Under the pieces are notes generated by a model that worked only from the letters and a program-made list of their open reading frames with translations, did not search any database and was not told the origin of the DNA. From positions 71,461-135,460 of the forward strand of contig CALWTS010000031.1 of NCBI GenBank assembly GCA_944384535.1: a DNA stretch of 64,000 bases, read 5' to 3'. The translations under genes and the position numbers were made by a program. Source of the stretch: an uncultured Clostridia bacterium. GTDB lineage: Bacteria > Bacillota > Clostridia > Christensenellales > UBA1242. Positions 29,761 through 39,186 of this stretch are shown here, one piece after another (position 1 is the stretch's first letter; each line of letters opens with the position of its first letter).

Positions 29761-29794
29761 TTTTAAAAATTTATTTTTACTCTTTTAGTTATTG

Positions 29795-29823
29795 TTGACA
29801 TATTTTTTTTTATAATGTATAAT
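29795..29823 (+). promoter_or_regulatory. Sigma-A promoter of the aspS-gatCAB leader
   Basis: TTGACA (29795-29800), 17 nt spacer, TATAAT (29818-29823). Confidence 0.8.
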
Positions 29824-29829
29824 CATGTA

Positions 29830-30090
29830 AAAGCGTTGATCAAGAAAAGTAACATAAAAACTTTTTTACAGAGAAGTGAGATTGCTGAGAACTCACTAAA
29901 AAGATTATGTGAAAGAACACTTGGGAGCTGTCTTTTCGAAAAATGATTTTAGTAGGGAAGATCGGGTCGCCCGTTATAGCGGTTTTAAATAAAGTGGAGA
30001 TTTATTCTCAAGTTAGGTGGCACCGCGAGTCATTCGTCCTAACACTAAGACAAATAGTCTAGTGCTTAAGGCGGATGACTTTTTGTTTTG
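29830..30090 (+). promoter_or_regulatory. T-box riboswitch, Asn specifier (AAC)
   Basis: Stem I with AGAGA and GCTGAGA motifs, specifier loop GAAAGAACAC (AAC at 29916-29918), AGTA and CCGTTA motifs, T-box AGGTGGCACCGCG (30015-30027), and terminator 30028-30090. Confidence 0.92.
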
Positions 30091-30127
30091 TTTGCATTTT
30101 ATTTAATATATTTTAAAGGAGGTTTTT

Positions 30128-31429
30128 ATGGAAGAATATATTAAAAGCAACCTTAAAGATGCTCAAGGTAAGGTTGAAGTTTGGGCATGGATTGAAAAAG
30201 TCCGTGATCAAAAAAGCATGCAATTTATTATTTTAAAAGACAGAAGTGGTATGCTTCAAATGACTGTTGAAAAAAGCGCTAAGCCAGAAATGGCAGAAAC
30301 TTTAGCTCACCTAACTCAAGATTGTTACATTAAAGTTCATGGAACCATAGTAGCTAATGAATATGTTAAATTGGGTAAAAAAGAGCTTATTCCTGATTAT
30401 TTAGAAGTCTTATCTAAAGCAGAGATTTCACCCATTGACAGTGAAAGCTCAATTGATCAAAGACTTGACTATCGCTGGATAGATTTAAGAGATCCTAAAA
30501 AAAGATTGATCTTTGAAGCTCAAACTGCCTTAACTCAAGGAATGAGAAATTACTGTATTGAAAATGGTTATATAGAAGTTCATTGTCCAACAACTATAAA
30601 AAATGAAAGCGAGTCTGGTTCAGGTGTTTTTGAGGTAAAATATTTTGACAAAAAAGCTTATTTAATACAAAGTCCTCAATTTTATAAACAAATGGCAATC
30701 GCTGCTGGTTTTGAAAAAGTATTTATCGCAACTCCTATATATAGAGCAGAAAAATCTTTTACACGTAAACATGCTACTGAATTTTCAGGTTTTGATCTTG
30801 AATTTGCTAACGTTTCTAGTGTAGAAGATGTATTGAAAGTTGAAGAAGAACTTATCCATGCTGGCTTAAAAGAAGTTCATGATAAACTAGGAGATAAAAT
30901 TAAAGAAATACTTGGAGTTGATGTTGTTGTTCCAACGCTACCTTTCCCTAGAGTTACAATGAAAGAAGTTTATAAAATTTTAGATGAAGAATGTGACTAC
31001 CCTCTTGATGAAGGTTCTGACCTTGACACTGAGGCTGAAAACTTGCTTACTGCTTATATGCTTAAAAAGAATAAACACCAATTTTTCTTTGTAAAAGATT
31101 ACCCAAGTGATGTTCGTCCTTTCTATTCTATGCGTAAAACAGATGATCCGGCATATAGTGAAACTTATGACCTTTATTACAAAGATGTCGAAATCACAAG
31201 CGGAGCTATGAGAGAACATCGTGCCGACATTCTTGCTAAACAAATAGCAGAAAAAGGAATTGATCCTAAAACAATGGAAGAAAATTATATTAATTTCTTT
31301 AAATATGGCTGTCCTCCTCACGGTGGCTTCGGAATAGGTCTCGATAGACTAACCATGCTTATGTTAGATATTCCTACTATTAAAGAAGCTATGTTTGTAT
31401 TCCGTGGACCAGACAGACTTAATCCTTAA
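30128..31429 (+). CDS. aspS: Non-discriminating (archaeal-type, short) aspartyl-tRNA synthetase
   Basis: RLDYRWIDLR, QSPQFYKQ, YRAEKSFTRKHATEF, PPHGGFGIGLDR; upstream of gatCAB. Confidence 0.92.
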   Translation: MEEYIKSNLKDAQGKVEVWAWIEKVRDQKSMQFIILKDRSGMLQMTVEKSAKPEMAETLAHLTQDCYIKVHGTIVANEYVKLGKKELIPDYLEVLSKAEISPIDSESSIDQRLDYRWIDLRDPKKRLIFEAQTALTQGMRNYCIENGYIEVHCPTTIKNESESGSGVFEVKYFDKKAYLIQSPQFYKQMAIAAGFEKVFIATPIYRAEKSFTRKHATEFSGFDLEFANVSSVEDVLKVEEELIHAGLKEVHDKLGDKIKEILGVDVVVPTLPFPRVTMKEVYKILDEECDYPLDEGSDLDTEAENLLTAYMLKKNKHQFFFVKDYPSDVRPFYSMRKTDDPAYSETYDLYYKDVEITSGAMREHRADILAKQIAEKGIDPKTMEENYINFFKYGCPPHGGFGIGLDRLTMLMLDIPTIKEAMFVFRGPDRLNP

Positions 31430-31439
31430 GGAGGTTTAA

Positions 31440-31733
31440 ATGAAAAAAACTAATGTTACAATCGAAGAGGTTAGAAGATTGGCAGCTCTTTCAGCTCTTG
31501 AATTTTCCGAAGAGGAACTACAAGCCTTTGTCCCTGAATTTGAAAATATCTTGGAACTTGTAGACCAAGTTAAAAATTGTGATGTTAGTGATGTTGAAGT
31601 TCAGTATTCATCACACAAACTATCACAACTAAGATCTGATATTGCAAAAGATAGTCTTCCTCAAGAAGAAATCTTATTAAACAGTCCAAAAACAAAAAAA
31701 GGCTCATTTTGTGTGCCTAAAATGTTGGATTAG
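31440..31733 (+). CDS. gatC: Asp/Glu-tRNA amidotransferase subunit C
   Basis: EVRRLAALSAL...LRSD...FCVPK; lies between aspS and gatA. Confidence 0.9.
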   Translation: MKKTNVTIEEVRRLAALSALEFSEEELQAFVPEFENILELVDQVKNCDVSDVEVQYSSHKLSQLRSDIAKDSLPQEEILLNSPKTKKGSFCVPKMLD

Positions 31734-31744
31734 GGAGGTGTTAA

Positions 31745-33175
31745 ATGAATTTTGAAAACATGTCTCTTATAGAACTTGCTTCTCTTATTCAAGAACAAAA
31801 AGTAAGCTCTGTCGAGGTGACAAAGTATTTTATAGATAAATGTGTTGAAAAACAAAACCTTAATGCAATCCTTGAAATTTTTGATGATGCAATATCTCAA
31901 GCTGAAGAAATGGACAAAAAAATTAAAAATGGATTTAAGGGAAAACTTGCTGGTGTACCTGTAATTATTAAAGATAATATCTTATATAAAGGGAAAAAAG
32001 CTTCATGTTCTTCAAAATTTCTAGAAAATTATGTGGCTCAATATAATTCAACCGTAGTTGATCATATGCTTAAAGAAGGAGCTATTATTCTAGGTCGAGC
32101 AAATATGGATGAATTTGCAATGGGTTCATCAACTGAAAACTCCGCTTTTGTAACTACTCTCAACGCCTTGGATCCTACTCGTGTTCCCGGTGGTTCAAGT
32201 GGTGGATCTGCCTGCGCTGTTGCTGCAGGTTTGTGTCCTGTTGCTCTTGGAACAGATACTGGAGGTTCTATTCGTCAACCTGCTTCCTACAATGGAGTTG
32301 TAGGAATTAAACCAACTTATGGTCGAGTTTCACGTTATGGAGTTGTCGCGTTTGCTAGTTCTCTTGAACAAGTTGGTCCTATAACCAAAAATGTTAAAGA
32401 TAACGCTTACATGTTAAGTGTGCTAGCTGGCGGAAGCGAAAACGATGAAACTTCTCTTAAAATTGATGTTCCTGACTTTCTGTCTTACATTAAAGATAAT
32501 ATAAAAGGTATGAAAATTGCCGTTTTAAAAGAAGTTGAAGAAGTTGTAAAAGGTTTAGATGTTGAAAAAACTTATCACGATGTTATAAAATTTTTATCAA
32601 ATAATGGTGCCGAAATAATCAATGCTTCAATTCCAGATTTTACTTTAACTCTTCCTTGTTATTACATTATTGCACCTGCTGAAGCAACAAGTAATCTTGG
32701 TCGTTTTGATGGAGTAAAATATTCTAGAAGAAGTCAATCTGCAACAAACATTGATGACATTTACCTAAAAAGCAGAAGTGAAGGTTTTGGAAAAGAAGTT
32801 AAAAGAAGAATTATGCTGGGAAACTTTGTTTTGAGTTCAGGATATTTTGATGCTTATTACAATAAAGCTAAAAAATTACAACAAAAACTAAAACTCGAAG
32901 CAAGCAAAGTCTTTTCAGTTTGTGATGCTATTATTCTTCCTACAACAACTGGAGAAGCTTTTAAGATTGGAGAAAAAGTAAACGACCCTATTTCTATGTA
33001 CAAGGAAGACTTGTTTACAATCTTGGCTAATGTATTAGGTGTTCCTTCTATTTCAATCCCTTGTGGAAAAGGTAAAAATAATCTTCCTTTTGGTATTCAA
33101 ATAATCGCAAACAATTTAAATGAAGGAATTATTTATGATATTGCTAACTTTATAGAAAAGGAATATAGGGGGTAA
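31745..33175 (+). CDS. gatA: Asp/Glu-tRNA amidotransferase subunit A
   Basis: Amidase signature PGGSSGGS, GTDTGGSIRQPA, NMDEFAMGSSTE, EVKRRIMLG. Confidence 0.97.
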   Translation: MNFENMSLIELASLIQEQKVSSVEVTKYFIDKCVEKQNLNAILEIFDDAISQAEEMDKKIKNGFKGKLAGVPVIIKDNILYKGKKASCSSKFLENYVAQYNSTVVDHMLKEGAIILGRANMDEFAMGSSTENSAFVTTLNALDPTRVPGGSSGGSACAVAAGLCPVALGTDTGGSIRQPASYNGVVGIKPTYGRVSRYGVVAFASSLEQVGPITKNVKDNAYMLSVLAGGSENDETSLKIDVPDFLSYIKDNIKGMKIAVLKEVEEVVKGLDVEKTYHDVIKFLSNNGAEIINASIPDFTLTLPCYYIIAPAEATSNLGRFDGVKYSRRSQSATNIDDIYLKSRSEGFGKEVKRRIMLGNFVLSSGYFDAYYNKAKKLQQKLKLEASKVFSVCDAIILPTTTGEAFKIGEKVNDPISMYKEDLFTILANVLGVPSISIPCGKGKNNLPFGIQIIANNLNEGIIYDIANFIEKEYRG

Positions 33176-33177
33176 TT

Positions 33178-34590
33178 ATGCAAGAATATGATATAGTTAT
33201 TGGACTTGAAGTTCATGCAGAATTAAAAACTGATAGTAAAGTCTTTTGTACTTGTAAAAATCAATTTGGTTCATCTCCAAATACTAATTGTTGTCCTGTT
33301 TGTGTAGGCTTACCGGGTGCACTCCCCGTTTTAAATAAAAAAGCTGTTGAACTTGTTATTAAGGCAGGACTAACAATGGATTGCGAAATTAATAATTTAG
33401 CTGTTTTTGAAAGAAAAAATTATTTTTATCCTGACCTTGCAAAAGCTTATCAAATTAGTCAACTTGTGAGACCTATATGTATCGGTGGACATATAAATTT
33501 AAAGAATAAATCGGTACGATTAAATAGAATACACCTCGAAGAGGATGCCGGTAAACTTATACACTCTACACAGGCAATAGGAACACTTATTGATTATAAT
33601 CGTGGTGGTGTTCCTTTAATGGAGTTAGTTACCGAACCGGATATCTCAAGTGCAGATGAGGCTGTTGAATTTTTAACAAAACTCCGTGCTAGGTTGATTT
33701 TTGCTGATGTTGCAGAATGTAAAATGGAACAAGGTGGAATGAGATGTGATGTTAATATTTCTGTTAAACCAAAAGGCAGTAAAATTTTTGGTCAACGAAC
33801 TGAAATGAAAAATCTTAACTCTTTTAAAAGTGTTTATAGAGCAATTAAATATGAAGCTAACAGACAAATTGAAATATTGTCTAATGGTGGAAAAATTACT
33901 CAAGAAACAAGGAAATGGGATGATAACCACGAAAAAAGTATTTCTATGAGAAAAAAAGAAACTTCACAAGATTATAGGTACTTCCCTGACCCTGATTTGC
34001 TCGCTGTGGAAATTAGCAAAGAAGAAGTTGATAAAATCAAAAAGACACTTCCACTTATGCCAGAAGAACTTAAACAAAAATATATTAAAGATTATTCCCT
34101 TACAGAATATGATGCAGATGTTATTACTAAAGATAAAGAGATTATAAATTATTTTGAAGAAACCATAAAATTCTATAATAATCCAAAAATTGTTGCGAAC
34201 TGGCTTTTAACAGATATCTTAAGTAAAATAAAAGATGAGGAAAATGCTGAAATAAAAATCACTCCAAAAAATCTTGCAAAAATATTAACTTTACTCGAAG
34301 AAGGAAAAATTTCTAGAACAGTTGCAAAAGATATTTTCGCAAAAGTATGGGAAGAAAATGCTGATATTGATGAACTCGCAAAACAGTTAGGTGGAAATGT
34401 AGATGAAAATAGTTTAAAAGATATTATTTCTTCTATTGTAAAAAACAACCCAAAAGCAGTTGAAGATTATAAAACAAGTGACACTCCAGACAAAGTATTT
34501 AGGTGGTTTGTTGGACAGGTTATGAAAGAAACGAAAGGAAAAGCCAACGCTATTATAGCGGAAAAAATAATAAAAGAATTTCTAAATTAA
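33178..34590 (+). CDS. gatB: Asp/Glu-tRNA amidotransferase subunit B
   Basis: IGLEVHAEL, RKNYFYPDL, HLEEDAGK, DYRYFPDPDL. Confidence 0.97.
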   Translation: MQEYDIVIGLEVHAELKTDSKVFCTCKNQFGSSPNTNCCPVCVGLPGALPVLNKKAVELVIKAGLTMDCEINNLAVFERKNYFYPDLAKAYQISQLVRPICIGGHINLKNKSVRLNRIHLEEDAGKLIHSTQAIGTLIDYNRGGVPLMELVTEPDISSADEAVEFLTKLRARLIFADVAECKMEQGGMRCDVNISVKPKGSKIFGQRTEMKNLNSFKSVYRAIKYEANRQIEILSNGGKITQETRKWDDNHEKSISMRKKETSQDYRYFPDPDLLAVEISKEEVDKIKKTLPLMPEELKQKYIKDYSLTEYDADVITKDKEIINYFEETIKFYNNPKIVANWLLTDILSKIKDEENAEIKITPKNLAKILTLLEEGKISRTVAKDIFAKVWEENADIDELAKQLGGNVDENSLKDIISSIVKNNPKAVEDYKTSDTPDKVFRWFVGQVMKETKGKANAIIAEKIIKEFLN

Positions 34591-35358
34591 AAAAAAGACG
34601 CTGTCGCGTCTTTTTTTTAGCCAAGTATTTTCTATGTTGTGGCAACTTACGACCATTGGAGGTGGATGTAATTCTTTCACACTTATTGTTCGCATGAAAG
34701 ATTTTATGATTTTATTGTATATTTTAAAATTATCTTTTACAACGTTGGACTGATTATATCTATAGGGATTTTTCCCTTCCGTCATAAAATTATATGATAA
34801 TTTTTTTTGTGTTGCATTTTTTATTGTTATTTCTTGCTTCTTTCTTGTCTTAATAAACTCAATATTTGTCATAACTAGCAAATATATCGCTTCAAATCCA
34901 TCTTCTAAAGCACTGGCATATGCCATAACCATAAAATCATAAATCGTCAATAATACATTAGGAAAAACATACATAATTTTTATTGTTTTAATATCTTTAA
35001 AGCACAATATGATTGAGAACCATACATACGTTACTATTGGGATAATATCCCAATATGATTCCATCATAAAATAGCCAATTACTATAAAAATAGTTATAAA
35101 CATTAAAACAATGATTTTGGGTATCTGTCTACTCTTTTTATCAAAAAAACTTATCAATAAATATTGTAAACATGACACAATAGCAATTATTCCTGCCCCT
35201 AATGAACCTATAAACAAAAAGGTTATTCCATAAATTACATCTCCAAACAAACCTAAAAATAAAAAATTTTTTTTATTTTTAGCATTATAAGACATACACA
35301 TTATTAATGTCGCCACAACCCCTAACACTTGAGCTATAATAAAATTGACATTAATCAT
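34582..35358 (-). CDS. YgjV-like inner membrane protein with soluble C-terminal extension
   Basis: IIAQVLGVVA...SYNAKNKK N-terminus and several TM helices. Confidence 0.65.
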   Translation of the reverse strand: MINVNFIIAQVLGVVATLIMCMSYNAKNKKNFLFLGLFGDVIYGITFLFIGSLGAGIIAIVSCLQYLLISFFDKKSRQIPKIIVLMFITIFIVIGYFMMESYWDIIPIVTYVWFSIILCFKDIKTIKIMYVFPNVLLTIYDFMVMAYASALEDGFEAIYLLVMTNIEFIKTRKKQEITIKNATQKKLSYNFMTEGKNPYRYNQSNVVKDNFKIYNKIIKSFMRTISVKELHPPPMVVSCHNIENTWLKKRRDSVFFLI

Positions 35359-35499
35359 GAATAATAAATAAGAATACCCCTTGTCGCCATAAATTTATAA
35401 CCTTGTTATCATAGACTAATTTTTACTTTTTAGTTTGCCATTACTTTATAAATAAAAATTCCACATAGTAAACAAGAATTTATGACTTAGTTTTCTCAA

Positions 35500-35636
35500 A
35501 AATTGAGATTTCAGGACTTGTGATGTTATACCAACCACCAGAAATGTTTTTTTGGATTGAAGACTTCTTCATGCAACACACATTTCTAATGGCTTATGAG
35601 ACAGTCCATAAATATAACACTTATCTACGCCTGACT
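35500..35636 (-). promoter_or_regulatory. Structured 5' leader (candidate cis-regulatory RNA)
   Basis: Follows a TTGACA-17nt-TATATT promoter (~35643-35670). Nested pairings TCAGG/CCTGA, TGTTATA/TATAACA, GCCATTAGAAATGT/ACATTTCTGGTGGT. Confidence 0.4.
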
Positions 35637-35705
35637 ATATAAATATAGCATATTTTAATAAAAATGTCAATTTGATAAAATTTTGCTTAAAATAAAAAAA
35701 CAGAC

Positions 35706-36059
35706 TTATTTGTCTGATTTTTTATTTTTATTGTTTAAAACTACTTTATTATCATCGATAAGTTTACCTTCTTTATAAATTTCTACCCTTAACTTATTTC
35801 CATATGAATTAGTTTGACATCTTATGTTATATTCTTTTTCATCAATCTTTATATCATAAACTTCACCATTTATTAATTGAGGCATAGATGCCGTTAAAAT
35901 ATTTTTATTATCTAACAAAATTTTTAACTTGCTTCCCCTATTATAAATTGTCAAATCTTTTTCATCAATTTTAAAAGTGTATTTCTTTATAGTTATTAAA
36001 TATGTTACTAAAATAAATAAAACAAACAATGAAACTATAACTATACAAGCTATTAACAT
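35706..36059 (-). CDS. Small membrane-anchored hypothetical protein
   Basis: 117-aa ORF with an N-terminal TM helix and SD AGGAG. Confidence 0.65.
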   Translation of the reverse strand: MLIACIVIVSLFVLFILVTYLITIKKYTFKIDEKDLTIYNRGSKLKILLDNKNILTASMPQLINGEVYDIKIDEKEYNIRCQTNSYGNKLRVEIYKEGKLIDDNKVVLNNKNKKSDK

Positions 36060-36093
36060 AACTCACTCCTAAAAACCATCTTTTGAAATATCT

Positions 36094-36489
36094 TTATTGT
36101 GGAAACTGCACAACAGGAGCAGTAATCATTGGCCCTATTTGAGAATGAAGGGTTAATCCAGATAAAATACAAGAAATATTACTAGCCAATAACCTTGCAA
36201 CAGGACTTGTTTTAAAATATTCCTCACAATCATCAAGTTTATCATACTCTGCCGTATTAATTAAAACCTCAACACTCAATGCAACTTCTATTGAAAAAAT
36301 ACATTCTGGTTCAGGTTTTACAAATCTTCTTAGGATAACCTTAACTGCATCAGATCTTAATCTTTCAACTTTTATTTCATCCCAAACTCTCATATTAACT
36401 GTTGCACTTGGTTGAGGTTCTCCTAATCTTTTATAATCAATTTCCTCAATTATAGGTTTAAAATTCATGTTTCTTATTACATTTGCCAT
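36094..36489 (-). CDS. SecB-like fold protein
   Basis: 131 aa; beta-rich core FSIEVALSVEV and C-terminal ISCILSGLTLHSQIGPMITAP, resembling the SecB Is-lT-g-P-ilPP motif. Confidence 0.5.
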   Translation of the reverse strand: MANVIRNMNFKPIIEEIDYKRLGEPQPSATVNMRVWDEIKVERLRSDAVKVILRRFVKPEPECIFSIEVALSVEVLINTAEYDKLDDCEEYFKTSPVARLLASNISCILSGLTLHSQIGPMITAPVVQFPQ

Positions 36490-36582
36490 ATTTATCTCCT
36501 TACATATACTATTCTATCTATAGTAGTCTATCATAATTTAATATTTAAAACAAGTAAACACAAGATTTTTAAAAATAAATTT

Positions 36583-36999
36583 TTAATCTTCTCGCAGGAT
36601 TTTCTTTAATTTCTCATCTTGAAGCTGACTATTTAAATTATCCTTTAAAAGATCTAGCTTTATTTTTTCAACGATTATTGAAATCAATTCACTGTTGGAT
36701 GGCTTATAATCATTTTTGTAAATTATTGTATTATAAACATTGTTAAGTCCTAAAAGGCCCTTACTTTTGTACGACTGATTTATAGCATTCCTTATACACC
36801 TTTCAATTATAGATGATTTAACAGAAAAATATTTTCCTACCATTGGATATAATTTTGTTGTAATATTATTTATTAAATCTTCATCTAAAACACACAATTC
36901 AATAGATTTTCTTAAATAGTCAAAACCAAGCATTTCAGGTTGTATCTTTAACTCTAATAGAATATTGGTAGCCTGCTCATATATTTTTTCTTCATCCAT
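36583..36999 (-). CDS. Spo0A C-terminal DNA-binding domain protein
   Basis: GFDYLR, ITTKLYPMVG, IERCIRNAI and KPSNSELI match the Spo0A effector domain; no receiver domain. SD AGGAG before ATG 36999. Confidence 0.85.
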   Translation of the reverse strand: MDEEKIYEQATNILLELKIQPEMLGFDYLRKSIELCVLDEDLINNITTKLYPMVGKYFSVKSSIIERCIRNAINQSYKSKGLLGLNNVYNTIIYKNDYKPSNSELISIIVEKIKLDLLKDNLNSQLQDEKLKKILRED

Positions 37000-37092
37000 A
37001 GTAATTCTCCTACTGAGTAATATACCATACAATATTAATTTTGTAAAATATTTTAATATTTTTTACAAAATAATTTATAAATATTTTGTAAA

Positions 37093-37571
37093 TTATGCGT
37101 ACTTTAATTTATTACGTATCTTTATAAATTTATAAAAGTAAGCATTTATAAGTTTTAATTTATTTGCCTTTAGATGAGCAGTAAAATTTTCTGTCTGCAT
37201 ATGAAACCCTGCTGTAACTGGAATATTATACTCATTAGCAATTTTTGTTGCAAACATACCTAACATTAATGGAAGCATAACATGTACAACATCTGATCCC
37301 TGTATTGTCGTTCTAACAATATTTTCATCTGGTTTAGCAAGTGTAACACCAACTTTTTTAACATATTTATCTATGATTTTAGGAAAATTATAATTTGGTA
37401 CTACGAAAAAACCTTGTTCTCCTTTTTTATTTTGATCAGCACAAAGAACTCTAACTATATGTCCTTGTGATTTTAAAAATCTAATAAGATTCATTTAAGA
37501 TTCATTGCAGCAATAGTCGTACCATTATTTTCTTCTCCCAAAACATCACAAACGATTGTAATTTTCGTCAT
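37093..37571 (-). pseudogene. Truncated, frameshifted GT4 glycosyltransferase (N-terminal part only)
   Basis: MTKITIVCDVLGEENNGTTIAAMNL is broken by an 11-bp tandem duplication (37485-37506). It continues as LKSQGHIVRVL...DVVHV...GFHMQTEN and ends before the C-terminal domain. Confidence 0.75.
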
Positions 37572-37776
37572 AGTACTCCTTTATATCAACAATAAAATAA
37601 TTATGGTTATAAATAAACTTATATAAAATGTTATTAACAATCTTTTTAATTATAAATATTTTTGGATACAAACTTCATTGGTTAACTTTTAAGCAATTTA
37701 ATTAAATTTTAATTTGTTTATGCGAGTATAAAAAAATTATAAGGTTAATATTTAAACAAAAATCAACTAATCTTTA

Positions 37777-38508
37777 TTAATTTTTAAAATCATTAGATTC
37801 AAAATTCTCAACATTTTCTTCATCTTTGATTTTGCTGTCTTTTTCTTCATTATAATTTTCTTTAAAATTATCTTCTTCTTTTATTTGAATTTCTAATTCG
37901 TTTCCTTTTTTCTTTTTTGACTTTTTTGATTTTCTATCAATGTGAAAAATACTCATAAATTTCCCAACAAATAATATTATTGGCTCACTATGAATCATAG
38001 AATACCTTTTCATTAAAGCTTTTCCAGAAATAATCAAAGCCGCAATAATAGCAGACACCAATGATGCAATAACTATTGTTAAAAATGTTGACATACTGTC
38101 TTTAATAAATGCAGCTGTTACAGTCGCTCCTGCAGCACCACTTAAGATACCACATATATCTCCTAATATGTCAGCAAATATGCTTGCAACTCTATCTGCA
38201 TGTTTTTTTAAAGATATTGCCTCTTTAGCTCCCCTTACTTTTCTTGATGCCATTGCTCTAAAATATTTGATATCAGCTGCAGTAACCGCTACACCTATCA
38301 TATCTGTAATTATCGAAATAATAAGAAAAACTAAAATAACGACTATTGATATTATAACACTTGCATTACTTAATGCAATTTCACTCAAAATACCAAACGC
38401 CATTGATAAAACAAATGATATTATTAACACAATTAACGGCCATTTATACCATAATGCAAACTTTGATTGTTGTTTTGTTGTTTTTTTCTTCTTGGAATGT
38501 TCTTCCAT
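37777..38508 (-). CDS. oapA: OLE-associated protein A (DUF21/CNNM-like membrane protein)
   Basis: Directly downstream of the OLE RNA; DMIGVAVTAA, FRAMASRKVRGAKEA and DILGDICGILSG (DxxGD) motifs; four TM segments. Confidence 0.85.
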   Translation of the reverse strand: MEEHSKKKKTTKQQSKFALWYKWPLIVLIISFVLSMAFGILSEIALSNASVIISIVVILVFLIISIITDMIGVAVTAADIKYFRAMASRKVRGAKEAISLKKHADRVASIFADILGDICGILSGAAGATVTAAFIKDSMSTFLTIVIASLVSAIIAALIISGKALMKRYSMIHSEPIILFVGKFMSIFHIDRKSKKSKKKKGNELEIQIKEEDNFKENYNEEKDSKIKDEENVENFESNDFKN

Positions 38509-38573
38509 TATATTTTTTACCTCTTTTAATTTTTAGTTTATTTTAAAAAATATAGAGCCTTGATAGGCTCTAT

Positions 38574-39123
38574 TTGAAGGTAATAACGCAAGTAAACCTT
38601 GTGCCATAGGTTCGGTCGGATTTCCCATTCTCGCACTCAACGTCACCGTTTAAGCAGTTTCCTTTTAAGCAAGACATAACACCGAATCGCCACTTAGGAC
38701 ACACTATAATCCTCACGTTATCTACAGAACGTAACAGTCTAGAAGTTTTCCTTAACATCTTAAAATATTATTCTCCTGTTTTGCAAATACTGTTTCATAA
38801 GCAGGTACATTTTTTATTGGCCGATAAAATTTGCACGTTTAAACTTAATCCCCAAGCATTCACTCAAGGCAGGCTACACTGCACACGACTTTTACCGCAA
38901 TACAGGTTCTTCTCAGTGAGTAATCGCTCACCCTTTCTGAGTCTCCACGATAATTGGGACGGATACTATATGCCGTTATAGTGCGCCCAAAAATCTTAAC
39001 TTCCAGCACCAGCCCCAGTTTGGGCAACCAAAGCAAGCACCAGAAACTTCACAGATATGCCAACCGATGCCATTAAATTCATCTTCCTAATATTTTAAAA
39101 ATGACTAGAATACTGCACCTTCA
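38574..39123 (-). ncRNA. ole: OLE RNA (ornate large extremophilic RNA)
   Basis: About 550 nt, GC-richer than its surroundings and lacking a credible ORF. Minus strand reads GGTGCAGTATTCTAGTCA...TGAAGTTTCTGGTGCT...GCCCA...TGGGGCTGGTGCTGGAAGTTAA, matching recalled OLE 5' segments; closing stem TGAAGG/CCTTCA; followed by oapA. Confidence 0.88.
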
Positions 39124-39131
39124 CACTTATA

Positions 39132-39160
39132 ATTATAGCATACTTTTGTAAAAAATGCAA
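39132..39160 (-). promoter_or_regulatory. Sigma-A promoter for OLE RNA
   Basis: TTGCAT-17nt-TATAAT with extended -10 TG on the minus strand. Confidence 0.7.
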
Positions 39161-39186
39161 TAGTGATAGTAAATAATTATAATAAT

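Noticed and set aside
37038-37092. AT-only inverted repeats (TTTTGTAAAA/TTTTACAAAA)
   Set aside because: Low complexity, expected by chance at this AT content.
38570-38981. Short ORFs of 62 and 66 aa
   Set aside because: They lie inside the OLE RNA and have no SD.
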